Assembly (NCBI RefSeq): GCF_009914755.1
Contig: NC_060942.1
DNA length: 64,000 bases
Strand: one strand, 5' to 3'
Source: the human T2T-CHM13v2.0 reference genome, Homo sapiens
Below are positions 1 to 16,230 of this stretch, piece after piece; the first letter of the stretch is position 1; each line of letters starts with the position of its first letter. Below the pieces are notes generated by a model. That model was not told where the DNA came from. It saw only the letters and a program-made list of their open reading frames with translations, and did not search any database. A program made the translations under genes and the position numbers.

Positions 1-312
1 TTCCATATGTTGATCTTTAAGAAATCAGTTTTTTATTTAATCTCTGTATTCTTTATTGAAATAGAAATATGGTTAAGGTTTTAATTTCTGTATTTTTTAA
101 TCTCATATATCTGGTCTTTTCCTAGCGATTAAAAATAATCCGGGCCAAGTTTATCTTTAGAGCTGCTATCACCTCTGTCTTGCTGGACAAAGTAAACTAG
201 CAGGCAAGAGATCAAAGTGGGTGTCAAAGTCTGAATTAAGAATTACAGGCACTGTAATATTCAGTACATTCATAAGACCTCATGCCTTAAAAAAAAAAAA
301 AAATCTCAAATG

Positions 313-619
313 GGCTGGGCATGGTGGCTCACACCTGTAATCCTCGCATTTTGGAAGGCCGAAGCTGGTGGATTGCCTGAGCTCAGGAGTTCCAAACCAG
401 CCTGAGCAACACGGTGAAACCCCATTCCTACTAAAACACAAAAAATTAGCCGGTCGTGTCATCGTGTGCTTGTAGTCCCAGCTACTCCGGAGGCTGAGGC
501 AGGAGAATTGCTTGAACCCGGGAGGCAGAGGTTGCAGTGACCCTAGATCATGCCACTGCACTCCACCCTAGGCAACAGACCGAGAATCTGTCTTTAAAAA
601 AAAAAAAAAAAAAAAAAAA
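313..619 (+). mobile_element. Alu (AluS-like)
   Basis: ggctgggcatggtggctcac...poly(A); TSD-like aaaatct(c/g)aaat on both sides. Confidence 0.95.
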
Positions 620-979
620 ATCTGAAATACAGGAGCTAGAGCTGTCCAGAGCAGAAAAAGATTTTCCTGGAGGAAACTGTCACTAACTTTATAAATGATG
701 TGGCTTCATGTGTATGCAGGGAACTAAAATATTCAAGCTCCCACCCAAGCTTGTAAAGAGTTCTATTCTGTGACAGTGCCTTCTGGAAAGAGGTGCTACA
801 ACATTCTAGATCCAAACAAATGTCAAGATGGGGGCCTGGAAATATGCCTTGATACCTGTGTGCATATATATCCACAGACCCATTCAAAGCTATGCATATA
901 TGCCCCAAGTGCACTTGTGTGTAAATGGGGATTTCATGTAGGAGAAGTAATGTCTTTTCTTTTCTTATTTTTGCCCAAG

Positions 980-1059
980 GGTCATTACTCAATAAAAATA
1001 GCTGCAACAATTTTGGGTATTGGAATTGATAATGTAATTGAAGTAAAGTGTGATGAAAG
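980..1059 (+). pseudogene. GAD3P: GAD-like exon: GHYSIKIAATILGIGIDNVIEVKCDE(R)
   Basis: ttgcccaag|GGTCAT...GAAAG|gtatgt; 80 nt; homologous to GAD1 [27 protein letters not shown]. Confidence 0.92.
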
Positions 1060-2648
1060 GTATGTTTCTTAATACATTCTCAAAGTTTTATTATTACTCT
1101 GCTTCATAGATTGAGATTTCATTTGCCTGTGGTTCCATTTTTTGGCAAGAATCCTCTCCCAGATTCATTTTATTTATATTTTAAAGGTAAGTCATTATGA
1201 AAGAAGCACCAAAATTATTTACCCTATTGTTGACATTTATTTACTAACTATGGCCTTATGAAAATTCTATTGCCATATATTTGTTCCCTATTTTATATTT
1301 ATGAAATACATTAAATTATCAACATAGTGATGTTTGGAAATTAAAAATTCAACCATGTTAGAGTACAAGGTGAAAATATCTTTATATTTTCTTTGGATCC
1401 CATTCTTCAGAAATAAGCAATATTATAAACTTTATACATATTCTGGATATAATTTTTATTAATATAAAACTTATTCATACATCAATTCTGTGTTATGTTC
1501 TGTAATTTGCTTTATTTCCTTTGGCTTTATGGTATAGCTTCGAAATCTTGTGAATTCACACAGACTTTTTTTTTTAAGTTACATCAGTTTCCAATTTTAT
1601 AAATGCAGCAAAGTTTTACAAGTCCTATTTAAAAAGACATTTATAAGTTTTCCCTTTGATTTTAGTACTTAAGAGCAGTGCTTAAGTGAATGTAATAAAC
1701 GTATTTGAGTTTAATAAACACATTTGAGTTGCCTTGAATATCTCTCATATGAATGCCTCTAGGTTCAAATTATGTGTGAATTTATAACTCAATACAAATT
1801 TTCCATTTGCCCTTTAAACATTTTTAGTTAATTATATTCTTACTGAAATGTAACATTAAAATATTATCAATATTTTTATACTTAGAAAATCTGACAGAAA
1901 TGATGTTTATTGTTGTTCAGAACAATAGAAATCTTTTAATATGCTGACCTGCCAATTGTATATTACTGTGAATTGACTGTACATGTCCTTTGCCTATTTT
2001 TTAAGTGGTAGTTTATTACTTCTTATTGCCTTATAAGAAACATTTATATATTATGAAATTCTGAAATATATAAATATAAAATATCTTGCAAATATGTTTT
2101 ATAAGTTTATTATCCAGTAAGCTTTATCACAGGTTGTTTGTCCCTACACGTTTCCTGAGAATTACCACTCTAAAGATATTTTACATCATTTCTACTATTA
2201 TTAATAGGATTTTTCTACTATTTATTTTCAATAATTGGTATTAAGAAATTAAGCCATAATTTACTTATGTAACTTGCTCAACATTCTCATTTTTATAAAC
2301 AACTTTAGGTATTCTAGGTATACAAAGATATGTATTCCAATTAGGTTTCTTATTTTATTATCTGTCTCTTTTTTTTCAAAAGAAAATAGAATATTGAAGA
2401 TAGTGAGCATTATTATCTTGGTACTGACTTTAATTAAAATGTTGCCAATGAGTTACCTCTAAGGCTGCTGGGCAGTTAGTCTCATAGCTGAACGGAGTAG
2501 AAAAATATTGGCTTTAATTTATTTCATGGAAACATGCTGTGAAGAAATGTGAGGCCACCTTAATTATGCCACCCACATCCCCCCTCAAATTTGAACGCCT
2601 GATATTTTTAATCTTGATATCAAGAGGTCTTAATAACTAAAGTTTTAA

Positions 2649-2958
<310 letters not shown>

Positions 2959-3292
2959 GTTTAATTACTTTAAATAAGAAAATAAGGAAGGAAAAAAAAA
3001 AGCATGATCGAAAGAGAGTTTATTATTTTGTATCTTCCTTACAATGATCAGAATCTTCTGATTAGTAAGTGTGCAGATTTTAAGGTGACCGAATAGTAGA
3101 TGAAGCACTCTCTAACTTAAACGTGGCTTAAATTAATTGAACATTTATTACTTATTCATACACTTATAAATGTCTTTAGGAGACACTAAAAACTAATTGT
3201 TTTAAAATCTTGCACAACACTTCTTATTCCAATTGGTAGAATTTGTATGTTTATATACTTATAATAAATCAATGTGTATTTGCATTTTTGAG

Positions 3293-3348
3293 GGGAAAGA
3301 TGATTCCAGCTGAGTTAGAGAAAAATATATTACAAGCTAAAAAAAAAG
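3293..3348 (+). pseudogene. GAD3P: GAD-like exon: (R)GKMIPAELEKNILQAKKK, carrying a +1 frameshift
   Basis: ttttgag|GGGAAAG...GCTAAAAAAAAAG|gtatgt; 56 nt where 55 are needed; A9 run at 3339-3347; weak GAG acceptor. Confidence 0.88.
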
Positions 3349-3866
3349 GTATGTTCTACGGTTCTATATTTAACATGTAAATATCTTTATATACTTTACG
3401 TATGTTTATTAGTGAAAAATAATTGATAAGAAAATTGCTGAAAAAATAGAATAAACACAAAATGTGGGAAATTTCTTATAAAACTGAAGTGGTGTAATTA
3501 AGTAGCATTGCAGTATTTCTAATATTATTGGTTCTGTTACATATGAAAGGCAAATTTATCAGGGTCTTTCCTGTATAATGGAATTTGGCCATTTCTATGT
3601 TTGTGGTATTACTTTCTTTAAAATAAGTTTAAACAGAAATAACAATAGATAAAATTGAAAGGGAAAGGTATAAATCCACCTTACAGTTATGTTACTATCT
3701 CTAGTGATTATGTACCTCAGAATATTTGAAATCATTAGCTATTCAATATCCCTAATCAAAGTTATCCAGATTTCTGATATCCAGAAGTGTAATGGGTACC
3801 AGTGTTGTATATAGTTCCTGTGGACTTCATGAGATTGTAAGAATGATTCCGCTTTTTCATCACCAG

Positions 3867-3983
3867 GGCCAAACTCCATTCTGTGTCTGTGCCACAGCCG
3901 GAAGCACAGTGTACGGAGCCTTCGACCCTCTCCCTGACATCGCTGATATTTGTGAGAAGCACAAACTCTGGATGCATGTGGAT
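3867..3983 (+). pseudogene. GAD3P: GAD-like exon: [39 protein letters not shown]
   Basis: caccag|GGC...GAT|gtaagt; 117 nt; lies within ORF 3792-4001. Confidence 0.95.
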
Positions 3984-4153
3984 GTAAGTCATCTCCTTTA
4001 GTCTGGCTTATAATACCTCTTTTTTTAAAAAAAATCCTACAATCCTTAAAGATTCCTAACAGGCATTTCAGGCAAGTCAAAAATTTCTCTGTACCTAGAT
4101 TTTATAATGAATAAATACAGAAAATACAGATAAAGAATAATCTTATTTACATC

Positions 4154-4488
4154 TTTTTTTTCTTTTCTTTCTTTTTTTTTTTTTTTTGACAGAGACTCAC
4201 CCTATCACCCAGACTGGAGTGTAGTGGCACGATCTCAGCTCACTGCAACCTCTGCCTTCCGGTTTAAGCCATTCTCGTGCCTCAGCCTCCTGAGTATCTG
4301 GGCTTGCAAGCATGAGCCACCATGCCCGGCCCACACCTGGCTTTTTTTTTTTTTTTTTTTTGTATTTTTAGTAGAGACAGTGTTTTACCGTGTTGGCCAG
4401 GCTGGTCTTGAACTCCTGACCTCAAGTGATCTGCCCACCTCAGCCTCCCAAAGAGTTGGGATTATAAGCATGAGTCACCGCACCTGCC
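4154..4488 (-). mobile_element. Alu (AluS-like)
   Basis: Poly(T) followed by reverse-complement Alu body. Confidence 0.93.
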
Positions 4489-5118
4489 TACCTAAGTTTA
4501 TTTTTAAATAGACTTAATACATCATGAAAAGGGCTAAAAATACACCAAATTATATTTAAAAGCCTAAATCTCTATTAATATTCAACCCCAAATTTAGAAT
4601 ATCAATGTTAAAGTCAAACATGATTTGAAATTGAAATAAGACTTAGCCCATTACTCTAATATACATTTCTTTATTAATATCAAAGAAATAATAACTTTTC
4701 GATGCTATTAATTTAGTACAATAACTTTTAAGAAAAATTTCTTTGACTTTGATTAGAGTTGAATAAAATTAAAGTTGTAGCATACAATGGAGATTTTAAT
4801 TTTTCTGTAGTATAGCCTAATTTGATGCCAACTTTTAAAATCTGTCTTTGGAAATTATACAGAAAGTGCCTTCTTGAATTTATTAGGAACTTAAGACTTC
4901 ACCGTGTCATGAACAGACAATGAAAATTCATGGTAGGAAATTTTTTTAATGCATTGTTTTTTTTTAAGTAGAATAATTATAGCCAGCTCGATAATTATCT
5001 AGCATAATAATTAAATCTTCATCATGTTTTAAAATAAATTTAACATAGGAAAAGTAGTCAGTGTAATTAAAAAATAAGTAATTAGTATAAGACCACATGT
5101 TCTTTGTATTTGTTGTAG

Positions 5119-5183
5119 GCAGCTTGGGGAGGTGGACTGCTGCTATCCAGAAACTATTCCTATAAACTCAGTGGTATTGAAAG
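5119..5183 (+). pseudogene. GAD3P: GAD-like exon: AAWGGGLLLSRNYSYKLSGIE(R)
   Basis: ttgtag|GCA...GAAAG|gtaaga; 65 nt. Confidence 0.93.
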
Positions 5184-5279
5184 GTAAGACCTGGGGCATT
5201 GCTTGTGAAAGCAGAAGAACCCATTTAGACTCCTTTTCCAGTGACTGTGAGTGCTAACCAGAGCTGTTTTATCACCTAT

Positions 5280-5358
5280 GGCCAAGTCTGTGACCTGGAA
5301 TCCACACAAACTAATGGGTGTCCCTCTTCAGTGCTCTGCTATCTTGATCCGGGAAAAA
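5280..5358 (+). pseudogene. GAD3P: GAD-like PLP-lysine exon: (R)[26 protein letters not shown], with a destroyed acceptor
   Basis: cacctat|GGCCAAG...GAAAAA|gtaaat; 79 nt; AT instead of AG at 5278-5279; NPHK Schiff-base motif intact. Confidence 0.92.
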
Positions 5359-5663
5359 GTAAATGATTTCTGTTTTTAATTACTGACATAATAGATGGTT
5401 AACAATGACTAGCCTTATTGTGAATGTTTTATATTAACAAAAATATGACCTCACTGAATGAAACATACTGCAGCACAATTTGCCCTTTGGAGGAGAACAA
5501 GTTGATCTTTAAGTAGCAGTCATTTGACAAAATCAAATGAGTATAGTGCATAGGTAGTAAACCAGCTACCCGTGGGTGAAAAGATGTGGTATGAGATGAA
5601 AGACAGTGAGAGGATCTATAGAAAACCTGATTATTTATAACCCAGTTATTAAAAACATAATGA

Positions 5664-7085
<1,422 letters not shown>

Positions 7086-7234
7086 GCCACCAAGCAAAAT
7101 ATCTCTTAGGAATAAAATTTGGCCCACTGGCCAATTTGTAATCTTAGAGTATAGAGCCAATAATAGGGCATATTTTCATGTGGATGACAATGAGTAACTG
7201 TAATATATTTTTGGCACAAAAAAAACATAAATGT

Positions 7235-7543
<309 letters not shown>

Positions 7544-9410
7544 GCATAAATGTATGTATGGTATGACATTATTTTCTTTTTACATGTGTATTTATTTTAT
7601 TTCCCTTCGTAGTAAATGTGACAGTATACAAGGACTTGAGCTCATTATCTCCTCCAAGTAGAAATACAATTATAAAGTTTGCATATTCTTTATTGAGTTG
7701 TCAAGTTGCAAACACATTTTACCTAACTTTCATTTCTACCTTTGGGGACATCATTTTCTATTTTCTCTTACTTGCAAGCAATCCAGAGGTTTTGGGTATA
7801 AAAATAATCTGTCTTCCTACTATAGCCTTCCTGCCTACTCTTTGAGTACTTAATGCTCACTTCATCTTCCCTAGTTCTGAGGGAATCTTTATTCATTTTC
7901 TCATACCTAGTGCATTATCAGCTCTGCTGACTGGAACTGTTAACATTATCTCTGCTTCAGCTCCTGCTAAGTTGGCTGCATGGCAGCAATATCCCATCCA
8001 CAAAATGGCAGATGCTCAAAGCCTGCAGGTTAGCAGACTGATCCTTCTTCAGCATTGGTATGTGTCCAGAACCTTGACATTATTGTTTGGCCGTATTTTT
8101 TTTTCATTTGAGAAGTTTTCAAATTTGTCTCCAACCCCCACCTTGCTAACAGGTCTCTATTTAACTTTCAGATTTCAGATACCTTTCTTTTTATGGCTCA
8201 AATACAAATTTTCTGCAGTCTTCTCTGATTTCTTAGCCCACCATGAGTATGTTGAAGTAATACATTTTATTCTACATAAGTACCTATCATGAGTTTTCAA
8301 ATAAATTGTTTTTTATATTTTGTCTAGTACTTTACCTTTTCCTAAAGATAGATGGATGGTCAATGGAAGTACAGCAGAATTCCCAAACCAATAAGCATTT
8401 ATTATGTTTAAGGTCATTTCTGGAAAACAAGTCTATCTTGGTGCAGCCTTGAATTAAGAGGAACGTTCTATTCTTATCTATTAACCATTTGAATGTCCAG
8501 GGCTGCAGATAGACAATTTTAATTCATGCCTTAATGAGTAGAACAAATTGAGTATATCAATATTTAATGAACATATTTTTCAATGCTGACAAGGAATTGA
8601 CTATAAGGAAGTGAATATATACATTTTTGTATAATTGTACATAAAATATATTTAAACTGATTTTAAATATTCTTCATTTTTACACTCAAGGGAATGAAAA
8701 TACCATATGTTTTTCAAACAAAATGCTAGCCACATCAATTTCATTTATTCAGAAGAAGCTTTTCATAATGCAAAATATAAACTCATTAAGTAGCTTCTCT
8801 TTGTCGCTAAGATGGGGATTGAAATCCTTGACATTGCACAAAGGCCCAGGAGGTGTAGTCTGTGGCTTTCTCTGAACTCTTACTTCCTCTTGTGTTTCCT
8901 ATTGTTTTATTCATATCCATTGGCTTCCTTTTAGTTCCAAAAAGATGTAGTGCAGCTGTCTCCATTATGATCTCAGTACATCTTTCTCCTTCCACCTGTC
9001 ATGGTCTGACTCAACTTTCACTCCCACAGCTCTCTCCCCCAGCATATTTCTTGCTAAACTGCTGAATTCAAAAATGTTTTTTTACTCAGAAACCTTCCTT
9101 GACTTCCAGGCTACATGGAATCTTTGACCCTTAGGCCAGAATATTCTATAGCACCATGAAAACTCTTTCATAACATTTATCATGGGTATAATTTGACACT
9201 CATATCTGTGACATTGTGTTTAGTGCCCAGCCCCGCCCTTACCTACCCAGCCTCCTGCCACTCAGACTATAAGTTCTATGAAGGCAGAGTCTCTCTACCC
9301 TTTTTCTCACCACAAATCCACCGTCTCAGCACCATGTATGACAAGTGCTATAAATATATGCTGCTTAATGACTAAGTGTAGCTCAATCATCACACCAGAT
9401 AAAGCTCATC

Positions 9411-10400
9411 TTTTTTTTTTTTTATACTTTACGTTCTACAGTACATGTGCACAACGTGCAGGTTTGTTACATATGTATACATGTGCCATGTTGGTGTGCT
9501 GCACCCATTAACTCTTCATTTACATTAGGTATATCTCCTAATGCTATCCCTCCCTCCTCCTCCCACCCCACAACAGGCCCTGGTGTGTGATGTCCCCTTT
9601 CCTGTGTCCATGTGTTCTCATTGTTCAATTCCCACCTATGAGTGAGAACATGTGATGTTTGGTTTTTTGTCCTTGCCATAGTTTGCTGAGAATGATGGTT
9701 TCCAGCTTCATCCATGTCCCTACAAAGGACATGAACTCATCATTTTTTATGGCTGCATAGTATTCCATGGTGTATATGTGCCACATTTTCTTAATCCAGT
9801 CTATCATTGTTGGACATTTGGGCTGGTTCCAAGTCTTTGCTATTGTGAATAGTGCCGAAATAAACATACGTGTGCATGTGTCTTTATAGCAGCATGATTT
9901 ATAATCCTTTGGGTATATACCCAGTAATGGGATGGCTGGGTCAAATGGTATTTCTAGTTCTAGATCCCTGAGGAATCGCCACACTGACTTCCACAATGAT
10001 TGAACTAGTTTACAGTCCCACCAACAGTGTAAAAATGTTCCTATTTCTCCACATCCTCTCCAGCACCGGTTGTTTCTTGACTTTTTAATGATCGCCATTC
10101 TAACTGGTGTGAGATGGTATCTCATTGTGGTTTTGATTTGCATTTCTCTGATGACCTGTGATGATGAGCATTTTTTCATGTGTCTTTTGGCTGCATACAT
10201 GTCTTCTTTTGAGAAGTGTTTGTTCATATCCTTCGCCCACTTTTTGATGGGGTTGTTTGTTTTTTTTCTTGTAAATTTGTTTGAGTTCATTGTAGATTCT
10301 GGATATTAGCCCTTTGTCAGTTGAGTAGATTGCAAAAATTTTCTCCCATTCTGTAGGTTGCCTGCTGACTCTGATGGTAGTTTCTTTTGCTGTGCAGAAA
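9411..10400 (-). mobile_element. 5'-truncated L1PA (PA4/PA5-like), about 1 kb
   Basis: ORF 9625-10290(-) encodes the L1 ORF2p C-terminus; poly(T); TSD ctcatctt at 9405-9412 and 10401-10408. Confidence 0.97.
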
Positions 10401-11583
10401 CTCATCTTGATGATACTGTTTTAAAGTGTTTACAATAGTCTCTAGGCCTGCTCTAACAAAAGATTAAAAAGGGGGTTCAAAAGAGCCTAAGAAGAAAATA
10501 TTTACATGTGTAAATAGGACACCCAAAATACAGATTCATAAACTATTTTCATTTTTGAGTTATAATTTCTATTCTATTTCCCTGAAATACTTCAACACTG
10601 ACCGTCACATTGTGGTCCTTCCTATAGATCCACAAGCCTAGCCTGAAACAGAGTGTGAGTTATCTTCCTTAGGATGTTGTGTTTCCACAAACCTCAAGTC
10701 AAACTGCCCTTTTTTCAGCTCCCAAATTCATCATTGTATAGATATATGTTCTTGAAAATTACTTAACATGTTAATATTCTCAGTTTCTTCAATCTATAAA
10801 AATGTTGTCATTATAGTACCTACACCATCAGTTTTCCATGAGGATCAAATGATGTAATGTGAAATGGAAAGCATATAGCAAACACATAAATACATATAAT
10901 GTTATTTACCTCTTGTACAAATAGTTCTGCTTAATTAACATTTAAATTATACCCCATCAATGCACATAAATTTAGGTTTTGATGTGCTGAAGCAACATAC
11001 ATACTGAGAAAACATTTCTGTCTCAATGATGGGTAACATGTCCTTTTCTAGTGATTATTTCTTAATCTTCCAAAGGAAAGCTTCTTGAAGTCTTTAACAC
11101 TGAGGAGGAATGTTTTCCACATTTTTCATATGAGACAAAAGGCTAGAAAAGACAAAATTAAACGAATGGATTAAATGTATGGATTATTTTATTCTTCATC
11201 TACTATGGTCATCAGAGCTGTTTATTTGGCATCTACATCGTTGGTTCACAGGATAGTTTAGTTAAAGTGGACTAGGCAGTCAGTTCTCATTAACATTATT
11301 AAATGACAGTCACATAATTTCAAAAGAGCAGCAAGACTTCAAGGCATTTAAGAAAAGTTTTAAAAAATAGACAAGTATTCACCAAATTGTACCATATTCT
11401 AGATAAATCCAAAAAACTGAATATGGTCATTTATTTTCAAAAAAGGATATATTTCTACATTAAATATGCAAAATTCTACTTAAATTTGCATTCAAAGTGG
11501 AAATAGTTAAGTGAAATAAATAATTGTGGTTTCTTATTGAAATGTATATGACTTACATGTTAGATATGTTTTTCCTTTTTTAG

Positions 11584-11733
11584 GGCCTTCTAGATGCATG
11601 TAATCAGATGCAAGCTGAATATCTTTTCCAGTCAGGTAAACTCTACAATGTTGACTTTGACACGGCGGATAAAACTATTCAGTGTGGCCGACATGTTGAT
11701 ATCTTCAAGCAGTGGTTAATGTGGAAAGCAAAG
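11584..11733 (+). pseudogene. GAD3P: GAD-like exon: [50 protein letters not shown]
   Basis: ttttag|GGC...AAG|gtagga; 150 nt; catalytic-loop exon; overlaps ORF 11608-11841. Confidence 0.95.
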
Positions 11734-12164
11734 GTAGGAATTTGTCATCTTTTACTCATTCTACTTTTTATTGGAGTAGAAAAGAAAGGGGGTAAGGGTC
11801 ATATTAATATGCGTATTTGGAATAAAACACCAAAATTTTAAAGTTTTAGGGCTATAATAATGTGGTTTTTAACAAGAGCAAATTTAACTAATCAATCGAA
11901 TGATTTTCATTATTTATTTGGGATTTTGACATTTTACAACCACGAGATAGCAGAGAATATATGAAACTCAGGTGTGTTCCTAAGATGAGAACCTCTCAAT
12001 GTCGTCAGGCGCCAAACAGATGTGTAAGTGTCCGAAATGCACAGGTTGTTAAGAAAAGAGGGAATAATGAAACTGGAGACTATAGGACCAGTCTGACTCA
12101 TTCACATTTAAATTACTCTGTAGCAATGCACCATCTATATTGATGAAGTTTAACAGTTTACTCA

Positions 12165-13640
<1,476 letters not shown>

Positions 13641-13842
13641 TTTTTGTTGTTATAGATGAGCTTTGTTATAGCATACAAATATACTTTTTGTCATAGTCTA
13701 ATAGATGGAAAATATCATTATGCAAGAAGAAAGTGAAAAAGTGGAATGGGTACTTTGTTGTAGGCAAAAGGTGAGCAAGTGACGTAGTTTACAATTAGAT
13801 GGGCTTATCCTATCTAGAGTCAGGTGCAATCCATCTGTTGTA

Positions 13843-13942
13843 TTATGTTGGTGCAAAAGAAATTTCAGTTTTTGCTATTATTTTTAATTGTTTTTTACCA
13901 TTAAAAATGGCAGAAACCACAGTTACTTTTGCACCTACCTAA
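13843..13942. mobile_element. MADE1 (Hsmar1 mariner MITE), slightly lengthened
   Basis: TIRs ttatgttggtgcaaaag / cttttgcacctacctaa; TA target duplications at 13841-13842 and 13943-13944. Confidence 0.85.
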
Positions 13943-15968
13943 TAACTAGAGGAAAGACTGTATACAAATAGGCAGAATGGTAGACTTGGTTCTACAATGT
14001 TATTTGCTGAGTTTTCCTATTTTGTTAAAGAGCAAGAAACAAGATCATCTACTGAAATTGTGAGGAGTGAAGGGAAACTGGAGATTTAGTGAGTCGAATG
14101 AAAAATTATCTATGCAATGGAGGATTGGCCAGGAAACTCTAGTCAGACTGTGGAGAGGTGCTGAAGGTCTAGTTGAGATTTGTGGTTGTAACTTTACATT
14201 AACACCAAGTCTCCAAGTTGCTTTTCCCCATCTGTATTCACCTGCCCAATACAAAAACGGAGTAGCCAGAATATTGATTTAATAAGGCTAGGAGACAGTC
14301 AATTAGTGACCTTCCATTGGTACTTAAACCGATTTACACAACTCTACCTTTTTCTATTAACACTTTCAACATATGTAACTTTGACTAAGTATAAACATAG
14401 ACTCAAATTTAATATTCTCTAGTCCTAATGAACATAATAGTATGATGTTATATTTAAAATAAGTAAGCTTAGGTGTCTTTGACTCTTCATTACCTCTAAT
14501 AGCAGGGGAAATTTGAGAAATATCACAAGAATATTGTAATATGCAAAAAACCTAAACAAGTAATTTAAATTCTTTCAGATTCAGGCTCCTCATTTGTGCA
14601 ATTACGTTGTACCTACCTCTTTATACAGATATAATACAGTTTAAATAAAATATTACATATAAACTTAATTATATTGCTATAATTCACCATATAATCCAAG
14701 AGTTATCATTGTTACAAGTTAATTTAAATTAAGATAAAATACAATTTTTTATATTATTGAGCTTGGAGCATCTTGAAACTTTTTTATGACACAGTTTAGC
14801 TTCACAAGTTTTATAAATTTTAGCTTTAAAAGCTGAAAAAAACAAATCAACATAATGAAAGTATGCATGGTTTTCATTCGTAAATGCTAAGAGAAAACAA
14901 CCCAGAATTTAAACAGGAAATCCTTTCAGAAACTGCACCAAATCTACCAGAGACAAGAGGTGACAGTAAATACTGAGTCAAAATTACTAACAATGATTTT
15001 AATGGTATTAAAATTTATTATGTAATGTTATTTTTAAAGGACAATAGAGAAAAGAATATGAAAGGAGACATTTATGAAAATCATCAGAATGTGGTCAAAT
15101 GTCCAGCATAATTATTTTCTTACAATTATAGGATCAATATGAAGACAGTCATTGCATATTCATGTCTCACACCTATTATGTAAAAGCTTATGGTGGAATC
15201 AAGAATTCAATCATAATTATCTATGATTATGGTCATTGTCATATGATATGAGTCATATGAAAATGGCCAAAGTCACAGACTGACCTTTTAACTCATCTCA
15301 CATTTTATGATTTTGGTCACAAGGAAAATATAAATGACTAAGTAAAGGAATATAATTTAAATTCTGCAGAAGATTTTTTGGCTCTTGAATTTTTAAGAAC
15401 TGTTCCAAATATAAGCTACTTCCATTGCCAGTGTGTTTACCTTTATTCAATCTGTGGTTATTTAGGTCCTAGTTATTTGCATCCAATATTTAGATGATTC
15501 CATTAATTTTTAGAACTCTATGAATCCCAAATTATAGTTCCATTATTTTCCTAAATACCTCTCAAGAAAACTGCCACCTATCTAACTGCAAATTGCAAGT
15601 GGTTTCTCAGGTCAAAATTCTAACTGAGGTGACAAGAATATTTGGCAGTCCCACCATTACCATGTACTCTATGAAATTTCAGGAATAAAAAAATGTTAGA
15701 AACATAAAAACGTGTTAGTACCTTTTTAGGCCTGTTTTTCACCTTTATTAATAGAAAGTGATAATGGGTCAAGCTACCTGAAGTCAATATTGAATCTCAG
15801 ATGTGAATACTTATTTATTGCCTGAAAGATCAATCTACTTCAGGGTCAGAGTCTGAAGATACAGTTTCTCCAAATATTATACAACAAAAATTATGTGTTC
15901 TGCACCCTCCTCTTGCCCATTATTTATGTTTAACTGAAATAACCGACAAGATTTTATAAAGCTATTTC

Positions 15969-16230
15969 TTTCACCCCCTTCCTAGTCCTCTATAGAAAGA
16001 TGGACATTAGGTTCTGTTTTATTTTGTTTTATTACATTTTGTATATATGTATGTGTGTGTTTCACCCCCTTCCTAGTCTTCTATAGAAAGATGGACATTA
16101 GGTTCTGTTTTGTTTTATTACGTTTTGTATATATGTATGTGTGTGTTTCACCCCCTTCCTAGTCTTCTATAGAAAGATGGACATTAGGTTCTGTTTTGTT
16201 TTATTACATTTTGTTTATATGGATGCGTGT
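15969..16230 (+). repeat. Tandem repeat, 3 copies of a ~86-91 bp unit
   Basis: tttcacccccttcctagtc(c/t)tctatagaaagatggacattaggttctg... starts at 15969, 16060 and 16146. Confidence 0.95.

Noticed and set aside
280-561. Alu-derived ORFs (also 4224, 5682, 13079, 25107, 43059, 51253, 58104 and 63627)
   Set aside because: Translations such as [12 protein letters not shown] and [10 protein letters not shown] are standard Alu reading frames, not genes.
9625-10290. 221-aa ORF2p-like ORF (and 28127-29674) as an active L1
   Set aside because: Both copies are 5'-truncated and lack the promoter, ORF1, EN and RT; the second also has frameshifts and stops.
15969-16230. Tandem repeat as a CRISPR-like array
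   Set aside because: The units are contiguous with no unique spacers, and the context is a eukaryotic intron.
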